Assembly (NCBI GenBank): GCA_011911785.1
Contig: GCA_011911785.1_4084.1
DNA from: a phage
Direction: 5' to 3' (one strand)
Length of the DNA: 64,000 nt
The notes under the pieces were generated by a model, which saw only the letters and a list, made by a program, of their open reading frames with translations, made no database searches and had not been told where the DNA came from. Positions within the stretch are counted from its first letter, which is position 1, and every line of letters starts with the position of its first letter. Positions 28,232 through 38,252 of the stretch are shown piece after piece. A program made the translations under genes and the position numbers.

Positions 28232-30196
28232 ATGGCTAAGAAAGAAAGTGCTGTTCTACAAGAACATGACGTTCAACGTCTAAACGATTATCAACATGCT
28301 CGTCTACGTACTGAGATGTATCTTGGTTCTCGTTCTATTCACGAAAGTCAAGTACTGATTTTTGGTGAAAATGATTATGCTGTAAAAAATATGGAATGGG
28401 TTCCTGCAATTCTTACTGCAACTCGTGAAATTATTGATAACAGTCTTGATGAATTCAAAAAAGCTGGTACGAAAGAACCAGTACTGAAAGTTGATTTCAA
28501 TGAAGAAGACCTTTCCTTCGAAATCAGTGATAATGGTCGTGGTATTCCGATTGATTATGTCCCAGAGTATGAGAAAAACCTCTGTACGATGGTAATGACT
28601 GAAACTAAAACTGGTCGTAACTTTGATGATTCTAAGCGTGATGAAACAATCGGTCAAAACGGTCTAGGTGGTTCTGTGGCTATGATTGTTAGCTCTAAAG
28701 CAGAACTTGAAATTCACCGAACCGGACGTCCATATAAAACGCAATCCAGTAATGACGGTTATGATGGTATGTACAAATATACACAGAAGTTTGAAGAAGG
28801 TACAATTATGTTCCCTGAACTTCATGTACATGAACCAACTATTCGAAAAGTACAATCCGATAAAACTGGTACAACTATTCGCTTTACCCTAAGTAAAGAA
28901 GTATTTCCTAATCGCAAGCTACCAACTGAATTACTTTATAGTATTCTAAAAGAAATGGCAGCAGCGAACCCAACATACAAAATCTTCTTGAATGGTAAAC
29001 GTATTGCAATTAAAGGAAGCACAGAAAAGGCACTCTTTAATGCTTCAAAACTAATGTCATTGAATGTTAAAGATGAATCATTCAATTTCAATAGTACTTT
29101 TTATATTGTACCTAATGCTGTATCTGGTATGAACACAAACTTCCATATGCATGGTCTTGTGAATAATGCTCCAGCATTTGATGGTGGTACACATCTAGAT
29201 ACCTTCAAGAAATTCTTCTCTTTAGGGGTAGGAACTGCATTAGAGAAAGAAGCGAAGAAGCGTAAGATGAAACCAAACCGTTCTGATATTGAAGAAGGTT
29301 TGTTGATTTACAATGTAACTACAATGAAAGCACCATCATTCAACTCACAGATTAAATCTAAGTTGACTAATGAAAATGTAATTCGTCCTATTCAGCAAGC
29401 TATGAGTGCTGACTGGTTTGATGAATTGGTCAAGAAAAATAAAGAATGGGTTGATGAGATTTTTGAACGTTGTGCTGCCCGTACTAATAAGAAAGACGCA
29501 GAAGAAGACCGTCGCCTTGCCAAGAAACTTTTGAAAGGTAAAGTTGCAAAACTACTTGATAGTACTGGAACTGACCGTTCACAATGTATTCTATTGGTTG
29601 CGGAAGGTGACTCTGCTATTTCCAACATGGCAAGTGCTCGTATTCCTAGTATTCATGGTATCCTCCCATTGCGTGGTAAGATTATGAACGTTAGTGGGAA
29701 TGAGAAAACCAAAGAATTAATGGATTCTATGGCATTACATGATATAATGGCAAGCATCAACTTGGTCCCTGGAGTTAAAGCTGAACGTGCTGATTTGAAT
29801 TACGGTAAGCTATATATCTGTGCGGACGAAGATGAGGATGGTAAGAACATTGGTGCACTAGTTTGTAACTTCTTGTACAAATTCTGGCCCGAATTATTCC
29901 AAGATCCTGATAATCCGTTTGTATACGTATTCAAAACTCCATTTATTATCTTGGAGAAAGGTAAGGAATCTAAGTATTTTTATGGTCATAACGTCCATGA
30001 ATATATTCCTGAAGATTGGAAAGGGTGGAAAGCAACTCGTGCGAAAGGTTTAGGAACACTCGAAAAAAGTAACTTCCGCGATGCATTTACGAATAGTGTT
30101 GCAGTAGCAATTACTGATGACGGTCGTCTTGGTGAAACATTAGATTTGATTTTCAACAAGAAACGTGCTGATGATCGTAAAAACTGGATGGAATAA
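28232..30196 (+). CDS. DNA topoisomerase II large subunit (GyrB/ParE-like ATPase plus TOPRIM; T4 gp39/gp60 equivalent, fused)
   Basis: GHKL ATPase motifs ISDNGRGIP and QNGLGGSVA; TOPRIM EGDSA and DEDEDGKNIG; 654 aa. Confidence 0.9.
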   Translation: MAKKESAVLQEHDVQRLNDYQHARLRTEMYLGSRSIHESQVLIFGENDYAVKNMEWVPAILTATREIIDNSLDEFKKAGTKEPVLKVDFNEEDLSFEISDNGRGIPIDYVPEYEKNLCTMVMTETKTGRNFDDSKRDETIGQNGLGGSVAMIVSSKAELEIHRTGRPYKTQSSNDGYDGMYKYTQKFEEGTIMFPELHVHEPTIRKVQSDKTGTTIRFTLSKEVFPNRKLPTELLYSILKEMAAANPTYKIFLNGKRIAIKGSTEKALFNASKLMSLNVKDESFNFNSTFYIVPNAVSGMNTNFHMHGLVNNAPAFDGGTHLDTFKKFFSLGVGTALEKEAKKRKMKPNRSDIEEGLLIYNVTTMKAPSFNSQIKSKLTNENVIRPIQQAMSADWFDELVKKNKEWVDEIFERCAARTNKKDAEEDRRLAKKLLKGKVAKLLDSTGTDRSQCILLVAEGDSAISNMASARIPSIHGILPLRGKIMNVSGNEKTKELMDSMALHDIMASINLVPGVKAERADLNYGKLYICADEDEDGKNIGALVCNFLYKFWPELFQDPDNPFVYVFKTPFIILEKGKESKYFYGHNVHEYIPEDWKGWKATRAKGLGTLEKSNFRDAFTNSVAVAITDDGRLGETLDLIFNKKRADDRKNWME

Positions 30197-30202
30197 TGTA
30201 AT

Positions 30203-30227
30203 AAGGGGGACATGGTGTTCCCCGCTT
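30203..30227 (+). other. inter-cistronic hairpin (weak terminator or processing site)
   Basis: GGGGGA-CATGGTG-TTCCCC stem-loop without a U-tract. Confidence 0.3.
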
Positions 30228-30244
30228 AACAAAGAGACAATGGA

Positions 30245-31657
30245 ATGGCTAAAAGTAAGAAAAACACTAATACAAATGTTGATGAATTAACTCTAACTTT
30301 ACTTGATTATAAAAGTTCAGATTATGTCAATACTACATCATTAGAATACTCAATGTACACACTTGACCGTGCTATCCCAGGGATTGACGGACTCAAGAGT
30401 TCTCAACGTAAAGCAATCTTCACATTATCCAAAATCAGTGGGGAGATTAAAACTGTTTCATGTGCAGGTCGTATGATCAGTGATGGGATTTACGTTCATG
30501 GTGACACATCTGCATCAGGAACATTACAAAACCTAGCTAGTCCAGTTGCTAACAACTACCCACTGATTGGTAAGCGTGGTGGTTTCGGGACACAAGTTAA
30601 CAGTACTCCGGCATCTGCTCGTTATACCTACGTCAAAAAGACAAAAACGACTGAAGCATTAGTTCTACGTGATATGGATATAATTCCAATGAAAGAGAAC
30701 TATGATGGTACAACAATGGAACCAGTACACTTCCTTCCTATCATCCCATTAGCATTGTTTGGTAATGATAGTATGTCAGTAGGATATAAGAGTACAATTC
30801 TACCTCATAAAATTGAAGATGTAATTAAGAACTGTATTCGTGCAATAGAAGGAAAACCACTCAAAGAGATGACACCATATTATGCATCTGTTGGTGCTAG
30901 TGATGTGGTAACTAAACTAGACGAAAACAAATATGAATTTTATGGTAAAGCACAGGTAATTGATGCAAGTACTGTTAAAGTTACAGGGCTTCCACCTAAT
31001 TATAGTATTGAAAAGTTCATTGAAAAACTAATCAAGATGAGTGATGATGGTGATATACGTGATTACGATAATGACAGTACTGATGTTATTGATATCACCA
31101 TTAAACTACCACGTGGTATTTCTCAAAAATGGACAGAGGCAGATGTAATTGAGTATTTTGGATTGAATAAAAAGATGACTCAATTGTTAACTGTTTTGGG
31201 TGAAAATGGTAAAGTTCGCGTATATGACAGTACACTTGACCTTATTAAAGATTTCGTCAATTTCCGTTTCAAATATTATGTGAAACGTTACGAGAAGAAG
31301 CTTGAAGACTGTGCAGCAGAAGTTCGTTATAAAATTCTCATCAAAGAGTGTTTTGATAATGATATGATCGGTAAAGTGAAAGGATTTGCAAACCGTGCTG
31401 AAATGGTTGATTTTGTAACTTCTCTCAATACTGAAATTGAAGCAACAAATGAGAATATCCAAAGTATCGTAAACTTCCCATCATATCGTTGGACTAAAGA
31501 TAATTATGATGCAGTACTAAAAGATATTCAAGATAATCTAGACCTAATGGATAGTTATAATGATTTACTTAACAATCATGATAAAATCTGGAATATCTAT
31601 AAAGAAGAATTACAAGAATTACTAAAAATGGACTTTACACCTAAGTCTGAAGATTAA
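30245..31657 (+). CDS. DNA topoisomerase II medium subunit (GyrA-like breakage-reunion; T4 gp52 equivalent)
   Basis: N-terminal YSMYTLDRAIPGIDGLKSSQRK; catalytic Tyr region SARYTY; 470 aa; directly downstream of the large subunit. Confidence 0.85.
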   Translation: MAKSKKNTNTNVDELTLTLLDYKSSDYVNTTSLEYSMYTLDRAIPGIDGLKSSQRKAIFTLSKISGEIKTVSCAGRMISDGIYVHGDTSASGTLQNLASPVANNYPLIGKRGGFGTQVNSTPASARYTYVKKTKTTEALVLRDMDIIPMKENYDGTTMEPVHFLPIIPLALFGNDSMSVGYKSTILPHKIEDVIKNCIRAIEGKPLKEMTPYYASVGASDVVTKLDENKYEFYGKAQVIDASTVKVTGLPPNYSIEKFIEKLIKMSDDGDIRDYDNDSTDVIDITIKLPRGISQKWTEADVIEYFGLNKKMTQLLTVLGENGKVRVYDSTLDLIKDFVNFRFKYYVKRYEKKLEDCAAEVRYKILIKECFDNDMIGKVKGFANRAEMVDFVTSLNTEIEATNENIQSIVNFPSYRWTKDNYDAVLKDIQDNLDLMDSYNDLLNNHDKIWNIYKEELQELLKMDFTPKSED

Positions 31658-31665
31658 TATATAAG

Positions 31666-31690
31666 GGAAGACCCATTGGGTCTTCCTTCC
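31666..31690 (+). terminator. intrinsic terminator
   Basis: GGAAGACCC-ATT-GGGTCTTCC perfect 9-bp hairpin followed by pyrimidine/T-rich tract. Confidence 0.6.
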
Positions 31691-31697
31691 TCCTTTA

Positions 31698-31705
31698 TAT
31701 AAATA
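31698..31705 (+). promoter_or_regulatory. T4-late-promoter-like TATAAATA box
   Basis: Exact TATAAATA about 33 nt upstream of ATG 31739. Confidence 0.3.
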
Positions 31706-31738
31706 ATCTATAGATATTAGTAGCTATGGAGAAATAAA

Positions 31739-34126
31739 ATGGCATCTTTTACCCCGTATTGGGATTTAAAGGCTGATACTCAATATATTCAAGAAGGAAC
31801 TGACATTCTTATTAGATTAAGTATCAATAAAGAAGGAACTACAGGTGATAGCTATACACTAAGTCAAAATGAATACTTAGAGATGATTTTCACTATACAA
31901 TGTTTAGATAATGTTGGTAATGTTTTTAATGCTGAAAACCACTATTCATTATTAGTTGGAAATGACCCGAACAATCTAGTACCATTATCTGATGGAACAA
32001 CTGGAAATAAGTTTTTAAATGGAAGACATAAGTGTAGAATACAAAAGAATAATTTTTATCTTCCAAGTACAATAATCAGTGAAGATGTGTATTATTTAAA
32101 ACTACATTGTAAGCGTGATGGTACATTTAATAACGTGGAAAGTGTTGTTTTCAATTTACAGGCTATTAACGTCATGCATTTTGGGAACATTTCACCATCA
32201 GGATTATTGCGTGCCAACAAAGCAACTGTTACATTTGATAGTAAAGAAATATGGGTAACACCTGGATTAACTGTTACCGATGATGAACAGTTATATTGTA
32301 TTGGAGACATAGAGTATGGTTCAGATAGTACTTTATTCATTCAAGGCTTCGGTCGTAAACGTCCGTATCAACCAAATGTAGATAGTGCCGTTGACACCAG
32401 TCCACGTGTATTCTTCCCCGCTTATCGCTTGCTTGATATAACAGAACAAGATTTACCGTCTCGACATATTACAGGTAAAGCAGCTTACTTACGACCAGAT
32501 GACTTAGCGTTTCCGGTTGACGGAATTAATAAAGAAGTTAAAGTTAATATAGTTGATGATACTGGTAAGATTACAAAAAGTGGGCTTTCTTTTAACCCGA
32601 ATGGACAATTCTTACAAACATTTTTACATGAATCAGAACCAACTGACGTTTACTTTAAGGTAGAAATCGTAGATATTCTCAAAACCTACAATACACTTTC
32701 TGAACGTTTTGCTATTGATCAGCGTTTTAAAGCATATCAAATGTGGGTATGTCCAAACGATGTATCTACTATTGCTGCTACTGATGAAAAACCAAAACCT
32801 AATCATTTATATCAATTAAGAGATAACGTTGTGTATCCATATGTTATTAGTGGTGAATATGATGAAGGTATGATCAAACCATTATTCAAAAGTTCTGATT
32901 GGAATGATTTGGGTTATTATGATGTGTCATTGGGTAGTGGTATTATTGGTGAAAAGCGTATGTTCCGTTTCTTGGAAAACGCCGCTGAAGGTTCATCTAT
33001 ACAAATAATTACCGATCCTGACTTGGGAACTATACACGTTGGAGAATACTTCGGTCATACAGTATATCCTCAAATACTTACTAATAGTAAGAATCAAGTA
33101 TCTTGTGTATTAGTGGGCGGTGATGACATAACAAAATATGGATTGGATCTTACACCTGATGGGTATCTTGTAGGTACAGCATATGCATTAAGCACTGATT
33201 TTAGTGCCAATGATGATATAAAATTGAATTTCCAGGTTGAAGTTTATGACACTGAAGGTAGTAGTGTTATTGGTGATTTCAAATTAAAAATCGTTCGCGG
33301 GTTGGGGCAAAATCATTTGAGTTCACATATTGTTCCATCTGTTCAATTTGAACGTGAATGGTTTAAATGTATCAGTACTCAAACATTTGCTAATTATGGT
33401 TTCCATCGTCAATCTGATGACAGATATGGTTTACAGAAAGTTCCTAGGATTCTTCTAAAAGAAAACTTTGTTAGTCAAAACTATAATTACACTAACTTAA
33501 ATGATTTGAAAAAAGTTCTCCGTGAGAATATAATAGATCCATCAGGGGCGACAATCCCTAACGGTAAATTCAAGATGGTTATTGGTAATTACAAAATCAT
33601 GTCAGCACTTGACAACAAAGGAAACCTTCTGTATGATTTAGTGTTTAGAGAGTTACATCCAGAAGGAACACAAGTTGCTGTTTCTACCAATCCCAGAATC
33701 TACACAAACGTAGATAACGGACTACTTGCCGAATTATTTGGTTTACGCCAGAATATTTACAAGGCTGTTGGTGAAGACACAACCAACTTGGTAAAAGACC
33801 CAACAGACTTAGTTAACCGTGGGTTATATGTTGATGCTATACCAGGTATAAGTGATGAGATGATTGATACTGTTCCACGCTTCATGAATCATCCATATAT
33901 TGAAGATGGGATTGAGAAAAAATTTATGCCTATCATTCCAGTAGCATACTGCTTACCTGGTAAGGGTGAAGCGTTTTTCCAAATGTTATTACAAAACAAC
34001 GAACATAGTTCAATGGTTAGTACTGAATTTGAAGTAACAGCAGTTGAATTCGGATACTTTGCTCAAGATCATGAGCGTTATGTACATGATACATTTAGAA
34101 TTGCATTACAGAATGATATAATATAA
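31739..34126 (+). CDS. large hypothetical protein (795 aa)
   Basis: ORF track; GGAG RBS; long uninterrupted frame. Confidence 0.6.
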   Translation: MASFTPYWDLKADTQYIQEGTDILIRLSINKEGTTGDSYTLSQNEYLEMIFTIQCLDNVGNVFNAENHYSLLVGNDPNNLVPLSDGTTGNKFLNGRHKCRIQKNNFYLPSTIISEDVYYLKLHCKRDGTFNNVESVVFNLQAINVMHFGNISPSGLLRANKATVTFDSKEIWVTPGLTVTDDEQLYCIGDIEYGSDSTLFIQGFGRKRPYQPNVDSAVDTSPRVFFPAYRLLDITEQDLPSRHITGKAAYLRPDDLAFPVDGINKEVKVNIVDDTGKITKSGLSFNPNGQFLQTFLHESEPTDVYFKVEIVDILKTYNTLSERFAIDQRFKAYQMWVCPNDVSTIAATDEKPKPNHLYQLRDNVVYPYVISGEYDEGMIKPLFKSSDWNDLGYYDVSLGSGIIGEKRMFRFLENAAEGSSIQIITDPDLGTIHVGEYFGHTVYPQILTNSKNQVSCVLVGGDDITKYGLDLTPDGYLVGTAYALSTDFSANDDIKLNFQVEVYDTEGSSVIGDFKLKIVRGLGQNHLSSHIVPSVQFEREWFKCISTQTFANYGFHRQSDDRYGLQKVPRILLKENFVSQNYNYTNLNDLKKVLRENIIDPSGATIPNGKFKMVIGNYKIMSALDNKGNLLYDLVFRELHPEGTQVAVSTNPRIYTNVDNGLLAELFGLRQNIYKAVGEDTTNLVKDPTDLVNRGLYVDAIPGISDEMIDTVPRFMNHPYIEDGIEKKFMPIIPVAYCLPGKGEAFFQMLLQNNEHSSMVSTEFEVTAVEFGYFAQDHERYVHDTFRIALQNDII

Positions 34127-34139
34127 TAGGAGAAAAAAT

Positions 34140-34448
34140 ATGTTCAATCCATTTTTTGACCCTTCTGGTATGAGTGATAAAGAACTCCAACAAAAGATTA
34201 ATGATCAAAGTTTACGTATTAGTTCCGCTCGTGCCGCTGGCTTGAGTGATTCTATCATTGGTAACATGCAAATAGTACTGAATCAGTGCTATGAAGAAAT
34301 GACTTTACGACAAGGTAGAAAAGAGAAAGACACATACGAAGATACTGATCCATGTATTTTTGATATGAATTCTTATCTATCAGATGAAGAGGATAGTAAA
34401 AAGAAAAATGAAAGTTCAAGGAAACAGATATATAAGTCCCAATGGTGA
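34140..34448 (+). CDS. hypothetical protein (102 aa)
   Basis: ORF track; AGGAG RBS. Confidence 0.5.
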   Translation: MFNPFFDPSGMSDKELQQKINDQSLRISSARAAGLSDSIIGNMQIVLNQCYEEMTLRQGRKEKDTYEDTDPCIFDMNSYLSDEEDSKKKNESSRKQIYKSQW

Positions 34449-34926
34449 TGTTAAATGTAATTTGAATGCTGTAGTTTATGCTATGAATTGTGGGTCTGAT
34501 ATACAGTACTTACAATTACAAGATATAGATGAACAAGAGCGTTTGAAGTTTAACGATAACTGTAAAAAATTTGGACTAGAGCAACGTATGTTGGATTATA
34601 CAATTGACCATGATAGTAATCATGAGTTATGGCGTTATGATCCAATGTATGACAATATCAATCTAAGAGAATTCTTTTTACAAAAGTGTTCCACACCTGA
34701 AGCAAGACAGCGTGTGGAATACGAAATTGATTTATACGAACAATATAATATGACAAAGCTATTGCGTTGTATGATATGGTTGGTAGATTATATGGAAGAG
34801 CACAACATCTTCTGGGGCTTAGGGCGTGGTAGTTCTGTAGCCTCATATTGTCTGTTTCTGATTGGTTTGCATATGGTTGACTCATTGAAGTATGATCTCG
34901 ATGTGAACGAATTTCTGAAATGGTAA
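34408..34926 (+). CDS. hypothetical protein (about 172 aa; start uncertain)
   Basis: ORF track 34384-34926; in-frame ATGs at 34384 and 34408 both overlap the previous gene. Confidence 0.45.
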   Translation: MKVQGNRYISPNGDVKCNLNAVVYAMNCGSDIQYLQLQDIDEQERLKFNDNCKKFGLEQRMLDYTIDHDSNHELWRYDPMYDNINLREFFLQKCSTPEARQRVEYEIDLYEQYNMTKLLRCMIWLVDYMEEHNIFWGLGRGSSVASYCLFLIGLHMVDSLKYDLDVNEFLKW

Positions 34927-34935
34927 CGAAACATG

Positions 34936-34944
34936 TGATATAAT
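34936..34944 (+). promoter_or_regulatory. extended -10 promoter element (TGaTATAAT)
   Basis: TGATATAAT about 40 nt upstream of ATG 34985. Confidence 0.4.
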
Positions 34945-34984
34945 GGTTGTTGTGACGTTATAGCACTTAGAAAAGGGATTTTAT

Positions 34985-35347
34985 ATGTCAAAACATACTA
35001 CTTATCGTGGCACTATCATTGATATGGATATGCTAAAATATCAGAACCAACATCAGGTTGCATTGGGTAATGCTAAACTAAATGCTCGTGGTGATAAAAT
35101 TGGTTCTGGTGGAACTGTAATTAAAACTCGTGAAGAACTACTTCAAGAGAAAGAACGTGAAATGCAAATTCCTGACTATATTCCAGAACATCAGGCACAA
35201 AGCACTGATTATTCTGATGATGGTTGGGATGATGCAAGCTTTGAAGTTGAGCATGTCGTTGTACAAAACGAAGAAACAGTTGATCCTTCAGTTGCACCTG
35301 AAGAGAAGAAAGCACCACGCAGAGCAAAAACTAAAGATCAGGAGTAA
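34985..35347 (+). CDS. hypothetical protein (120 aa)
   Basis: ORF track; AAGGGA RBS. Confidence 0.5.
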   Translation: MSKHTTYRGTIIDMDMLKYQNQHQVALGNAKLNARGDKIGSGGTVIKTREELLQEKEREMQIPDYIPEHQAQSTDYSDDGWDDASFEVEHVVVQNEETVDPSVAPEEKKAPRRAKTKDQE

Positions 35348-35352
35348 TACAA

Positions 35353-35676
35353 ATGTCTAAAGTTATGACAGCATGTAAGGGAAAAGTACTGGTTACTGAT
35401 TTAGAACATGGCGAACGAAAAACTGCTGGTGGAATTGTTTTAACAAATGATGACGGTAAAATTCGTGGTATTCGTTGTCGTTGGGCTAAAGTTTATTCAG
35501 TTGGTGAAGATATAACTGATATTAAAGAAGGTCAATGGATTCTTATTGACCACGGTCGCTGGTCCAGAACTATTGAGGTTGATGGTGTTCAATTAAACTT
35601 AGTTGATTACCCAGCCGCAGTATCTTTGGTTTCCGATGAAGACCCACGTACTTCAGTACAAACATTTGGACGTTAA
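35353..35676 (+). CDS. GroES-like co-chaperonin (functional analogue of T4 gp31)
   Basis: KTAGGIVLT matches the GroES mobile-loop-proximal motif KSAGGIVLT; 107 aa, GroES-like length. Confidence 0.55.
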   Translation: MSKVMTACKGKVLVTDLEHGERKTAGGIVLTNDDGKIRGIRCRWAKVYSVGEDITDIKEGQWILIDHGRWSRTIEVDGVQLNLVDYPAAVSLVSDEDPRTSVQTFGR

Positions 35677-35688
35677 TTATAAAAGTAA

Positions 35689-35718
35689 GCTCGGAATATA
35701 TATTCTGGGCTTTTTATT
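35689..35718 (+). terminator. intrinsic terminator
   Basis: GCTCGGAATAT/ATATTCTGGGC hairpin (with G-U pairs) followed by TTTTTATTT. Confidence 0.6.
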
Positions 35719-35730
35719 TGGTTATATAAT

Positions 35731-36000
35731 ATGATTACAGATAATGATAAGTTTAGCTTTTCGGATGTTCAACTTGTTTCAAAGAATAATAGGTTTTTGT
35801 TTGAAGATAGGAAGAATACCAAATATGTTTATGAAGTATCTCACGATGTATTTAAGCACTTACTTGTAGTTGCTGCAAATGCAAAAGCACGTGGCATTGA
35901 CAATAAAGTAAATTCTTTTGACTATCTCTTTAATCAGTTGGAGATGACAGAAGACCTATTCACCGCACTACTATACCATCTATCAGATTGGACTCACTAA
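35731..36000 (+). CDS. hypothetical protein (89 aa)
   Basis: ORF track; no clear RBS. Confidence 0.4.
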   Translation: MITDNDKFSFSDVQLVSKNNRFLFEDRKNTKYVYEVSHDVFKHLLVVAANAKARGIDNKVNSFDYLFNQLEMTEDLFTALLYHLSDWTH

Positions 36001-36019
36001 TTTACATGAGGAATAATAA

Positions 36020-36973
36020 ATGACTACACTATGGACTGAAAAATATCGCCCACAAACCCTAGAAGATTACGTTTTCAAAAATGATGCTCTTCGTAAAAAG
36101 ATGGAAGAATGGATTTGTACTGGCAATATTCCACATATTGGATTCTTTGGTCCCGCTGGTACAGGAAAAACTTCAGCGATTAAAGTACTACTAAATGGAC
36201 TTGAAGCTAATGGTCACCTGGACCCAAGTGATGTAACAACTCTAAACATGTCAGATGAGGGTATTGATGCTGTGCGTGATAAGATTGACGCAGCCGCAAA
36301 ACTATCATGTTTTGGACGTTATCGTGTATTTGTTCTGGAAGAAATGGAACAGATGAACCACAAAGCACAAGGTAGCCTGAAGCGTGTAATGGAAGATTAT
36401 CACGAGAATGCTCGTTTTATTCTAACCAGTAATGAGCCACATAAAATTTTGAAACCTATTATTTCTCGTGTGCAAGTAATTACAATCGAGAAGCATGATA
36501 TGGAACAGTTTATGACCCGTATCATCAACGTACTGTTAGCTGAGGGTGTAGATTTATCATCCGAAGAAAGTATTGATCAAGTGCAGCAATACATCAATGC
36601 ATCGTACCCTGACTTCCGCAAAACATTAAACGTATTGCAGAGTTCAGTAGTTGATGGTAAACTAGTAAAACTAGAAGACAGTATTGAGAATTCTGCTGGG
36701 TATCGCACGGCAATCGTTGATGCATTAAAGGCGGGAAACATTCGTCAGATGCGTGAGCAGATTGTTCAAAATATCCCTGATGACGAAATGGATGCATTTT
36801 TCTCGTATCTGTATCGTAATGCAGAAATGTTCAGTACTGATGAAATCACACTAATGAAAATCAAGGTTAAAATCCGTGATGCAGTTGTCAAACAATCAAC
36901 AGTTTCTGATCGTGAGATGAACCTGAGTGCATTACTATGTGAAATTGACTTGATTTGTTCAGGAAATATGTAA
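36020..36973 (+). CDS. clamp-loader AAA+ ATPase subunit (RFC-like; T4 gp44 equivalent)
   Basis: N-terminal WTEKYRP; Walker A FFGPAGTGKTS; PDFRKTLNVLQS block; 317 aa. Confidence 0.85.
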   Translation: MTTLWTEKYRPQTLEDYVFKNDALRKKMEEWICTGNIPHIGFFGPAGTGKTSAIKVLLNGLEANGHLDPSDVTTLNMSDEGIDAVRDKIDAAAKLSCFGRYRVFVLEEMEQMNHKAQGSLKRVMEDYHENARFILTSNEPHKILKPIISRVQVITIEKHDMEQFMTRIINVLLAEGVDLSSEESIDQVQQYINASYPDFRKTLNVLQSSVVDGKLVKLEDSIENSAGYRTAIVDALKAGNIRQMREQIVQNIPDDEMDAFFSYLYRNAEMFSTDEITLMKIKVKIRDAVVKQSTVSDREMNLSALLCEIDLICSGNM

Positions 36974-37593
36974 TGAAACAACGTTGTGTAGTATGGGATT
37001 GTGATGAAGTGCTATTGGACCACATTGGTGGTCTATATAATTTTGTTAAAGAACATTATGATATTCATCCAGAAACACCATATCCAGAAAAATATGATTT
37101 GTGTCAGTGGTTGGGTGGAATTACTCAACCTGAAGTTCAAGAGATTCTAAAACACTTCAACCATCGTTCTTATGAGTTTGGTCTACTTGACCCAGTAGAA
37201 CATAACACGGTTGGAATTATGCAAGAATTACGTGATAAGTTCCCATATGATAAATTTGTAGTACTGACTAAATCTGGTACATTCGGTCACGGGGAAGTTC
37301 TCCGTAAGGTGAATCTCATTAATGTATTTGGTGAAGGTATTTTTGATGATATCATTATCATTGAAATGTATGAATCCAAAAAATCAGCACTAATGAAATT
37401 AAAAGCTCAATATGACGTTAAATTTTTGATTGACGATTATATTAAAAATATAGAAACGGCTATAGAGTTGGATATACCTGCTGTTATGATGTGTGCGTGT
37501 CATAACCATGAATACAAGCATAACAACGGCTTTGATTATGTTAATAATTGGAGCGAACTTCGTCTAAAAATTTACGAACTAATGAAAAAATAA
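36973..37593 (+). CDS. HAD-superfamily phosphatase, probable 5'(3')-deoxyribonucleotidase
   Basis: HAD motif I VVWDCDEVLLD, motif II VVLTKS, motif III Lys, motif IV FLIDDY; TAATG stop-start overlap with the clamp-loader gene. Confidence 0.5.
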   Translation: MKQRCVVWDCDEVLLDHIGGLYNFVKEHYDIHPETPYPEKYDLCQWLGGITQPEVQEILKHFNHRSYEFGLLDPVEHNTVGIMQELRDKFPYDKFVVLTKSGTFGHGEVLRKVNLINVFGEGIFDDIIIIEMYESKKSALMKLKAQYDVKFLIDDYIKNIETAIELDIPAVMMCACHNHEYKHNNGFDYVNNWSELRLKIYELMKK

Positions 37594-37598
37594 CAATA

Positions 37599-37627
37599 GG
37601 GGAACTTGATTCCCCTTTCATTGTTTT
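37599..37627 (+). terminator. intrinsic terminator
   Basis: GGGGAA-CTTGA-TTCCCC hairpin followed by TTTCATTGTTTT. Confidence 0.55.
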
Positions 37628-37676
37628 CAAAGTAGTAAATAATATAAATGTTCAAGTTTTTAAGGGAATAAAAAAC

Positions 37677-38252
37677 ATGGAAGATATGAATACAACAGAC
37701 AATGCTATCCAGCAATTATATGATAATTCTGGAATGTTAGACATTCTTCTGGCGGTTGAAAAATATTTTGATGACAATGATTTATATGCCTATACTGGTG
37801 TAATTGAAGGTGAACTAGTTGAGGGACCAAATGTTACTAAGTACTGGTGTACTGTTACATTCAAATATTATAGAGAAAACTTTCCAGATCCAACAGCATT
37901 CACAGTTTTAGAAAAACATGGAACTAAAGTTCAAGTTAAAGCTGATTACGAAATACGACCAATTGCGAAGCCTCGTAGTCGTAATGATATGAAAACACAA
38001 GCAACTCAACATGGATCAGTGAATGTACCAAGAACCGAAAGAGTACCAGTACTACTAGTTCGTTTTCAAATACCGCGAAATCTAATTAATCCAGAAAGCT
38101 TTGATGAATACAAACTAATGGCATCTGAATTTAATAGTAATCCAATGAACTTAGATCAAAATTCACCTGATATGAGTATGGAAGATGAGCAGGATGTTCA
38201 AGAATTAGATGCAGAATTTGGTGCACCTGATGAACAGAAAGGAGGAATGTAA
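37677..38252 (+). CDS. hypothetical protein (191 aa)
   Basis: ATG 37677 with AAGGGAA RBS; ORF-track start 37548 lies inside the previous gene and terminator. Confidence 0.5.
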   Translation: MEDMNTTDNAIQQLYDNSGMLDILLAVEKYFDDNDLYAYTGVIEGELVEGPNVTKYWCTVTFKYYRENFPDPTAFTVLEKHGTKVQVKADYEIRPIAKPRSRNDMKTQATQHGSVNVPRTERVPVLLVRFQIPRNLINPESFDEYKLMASEFNSNPMNLDQNSPDMSMEDEQDVQELDAEFGAPDEQKGGM

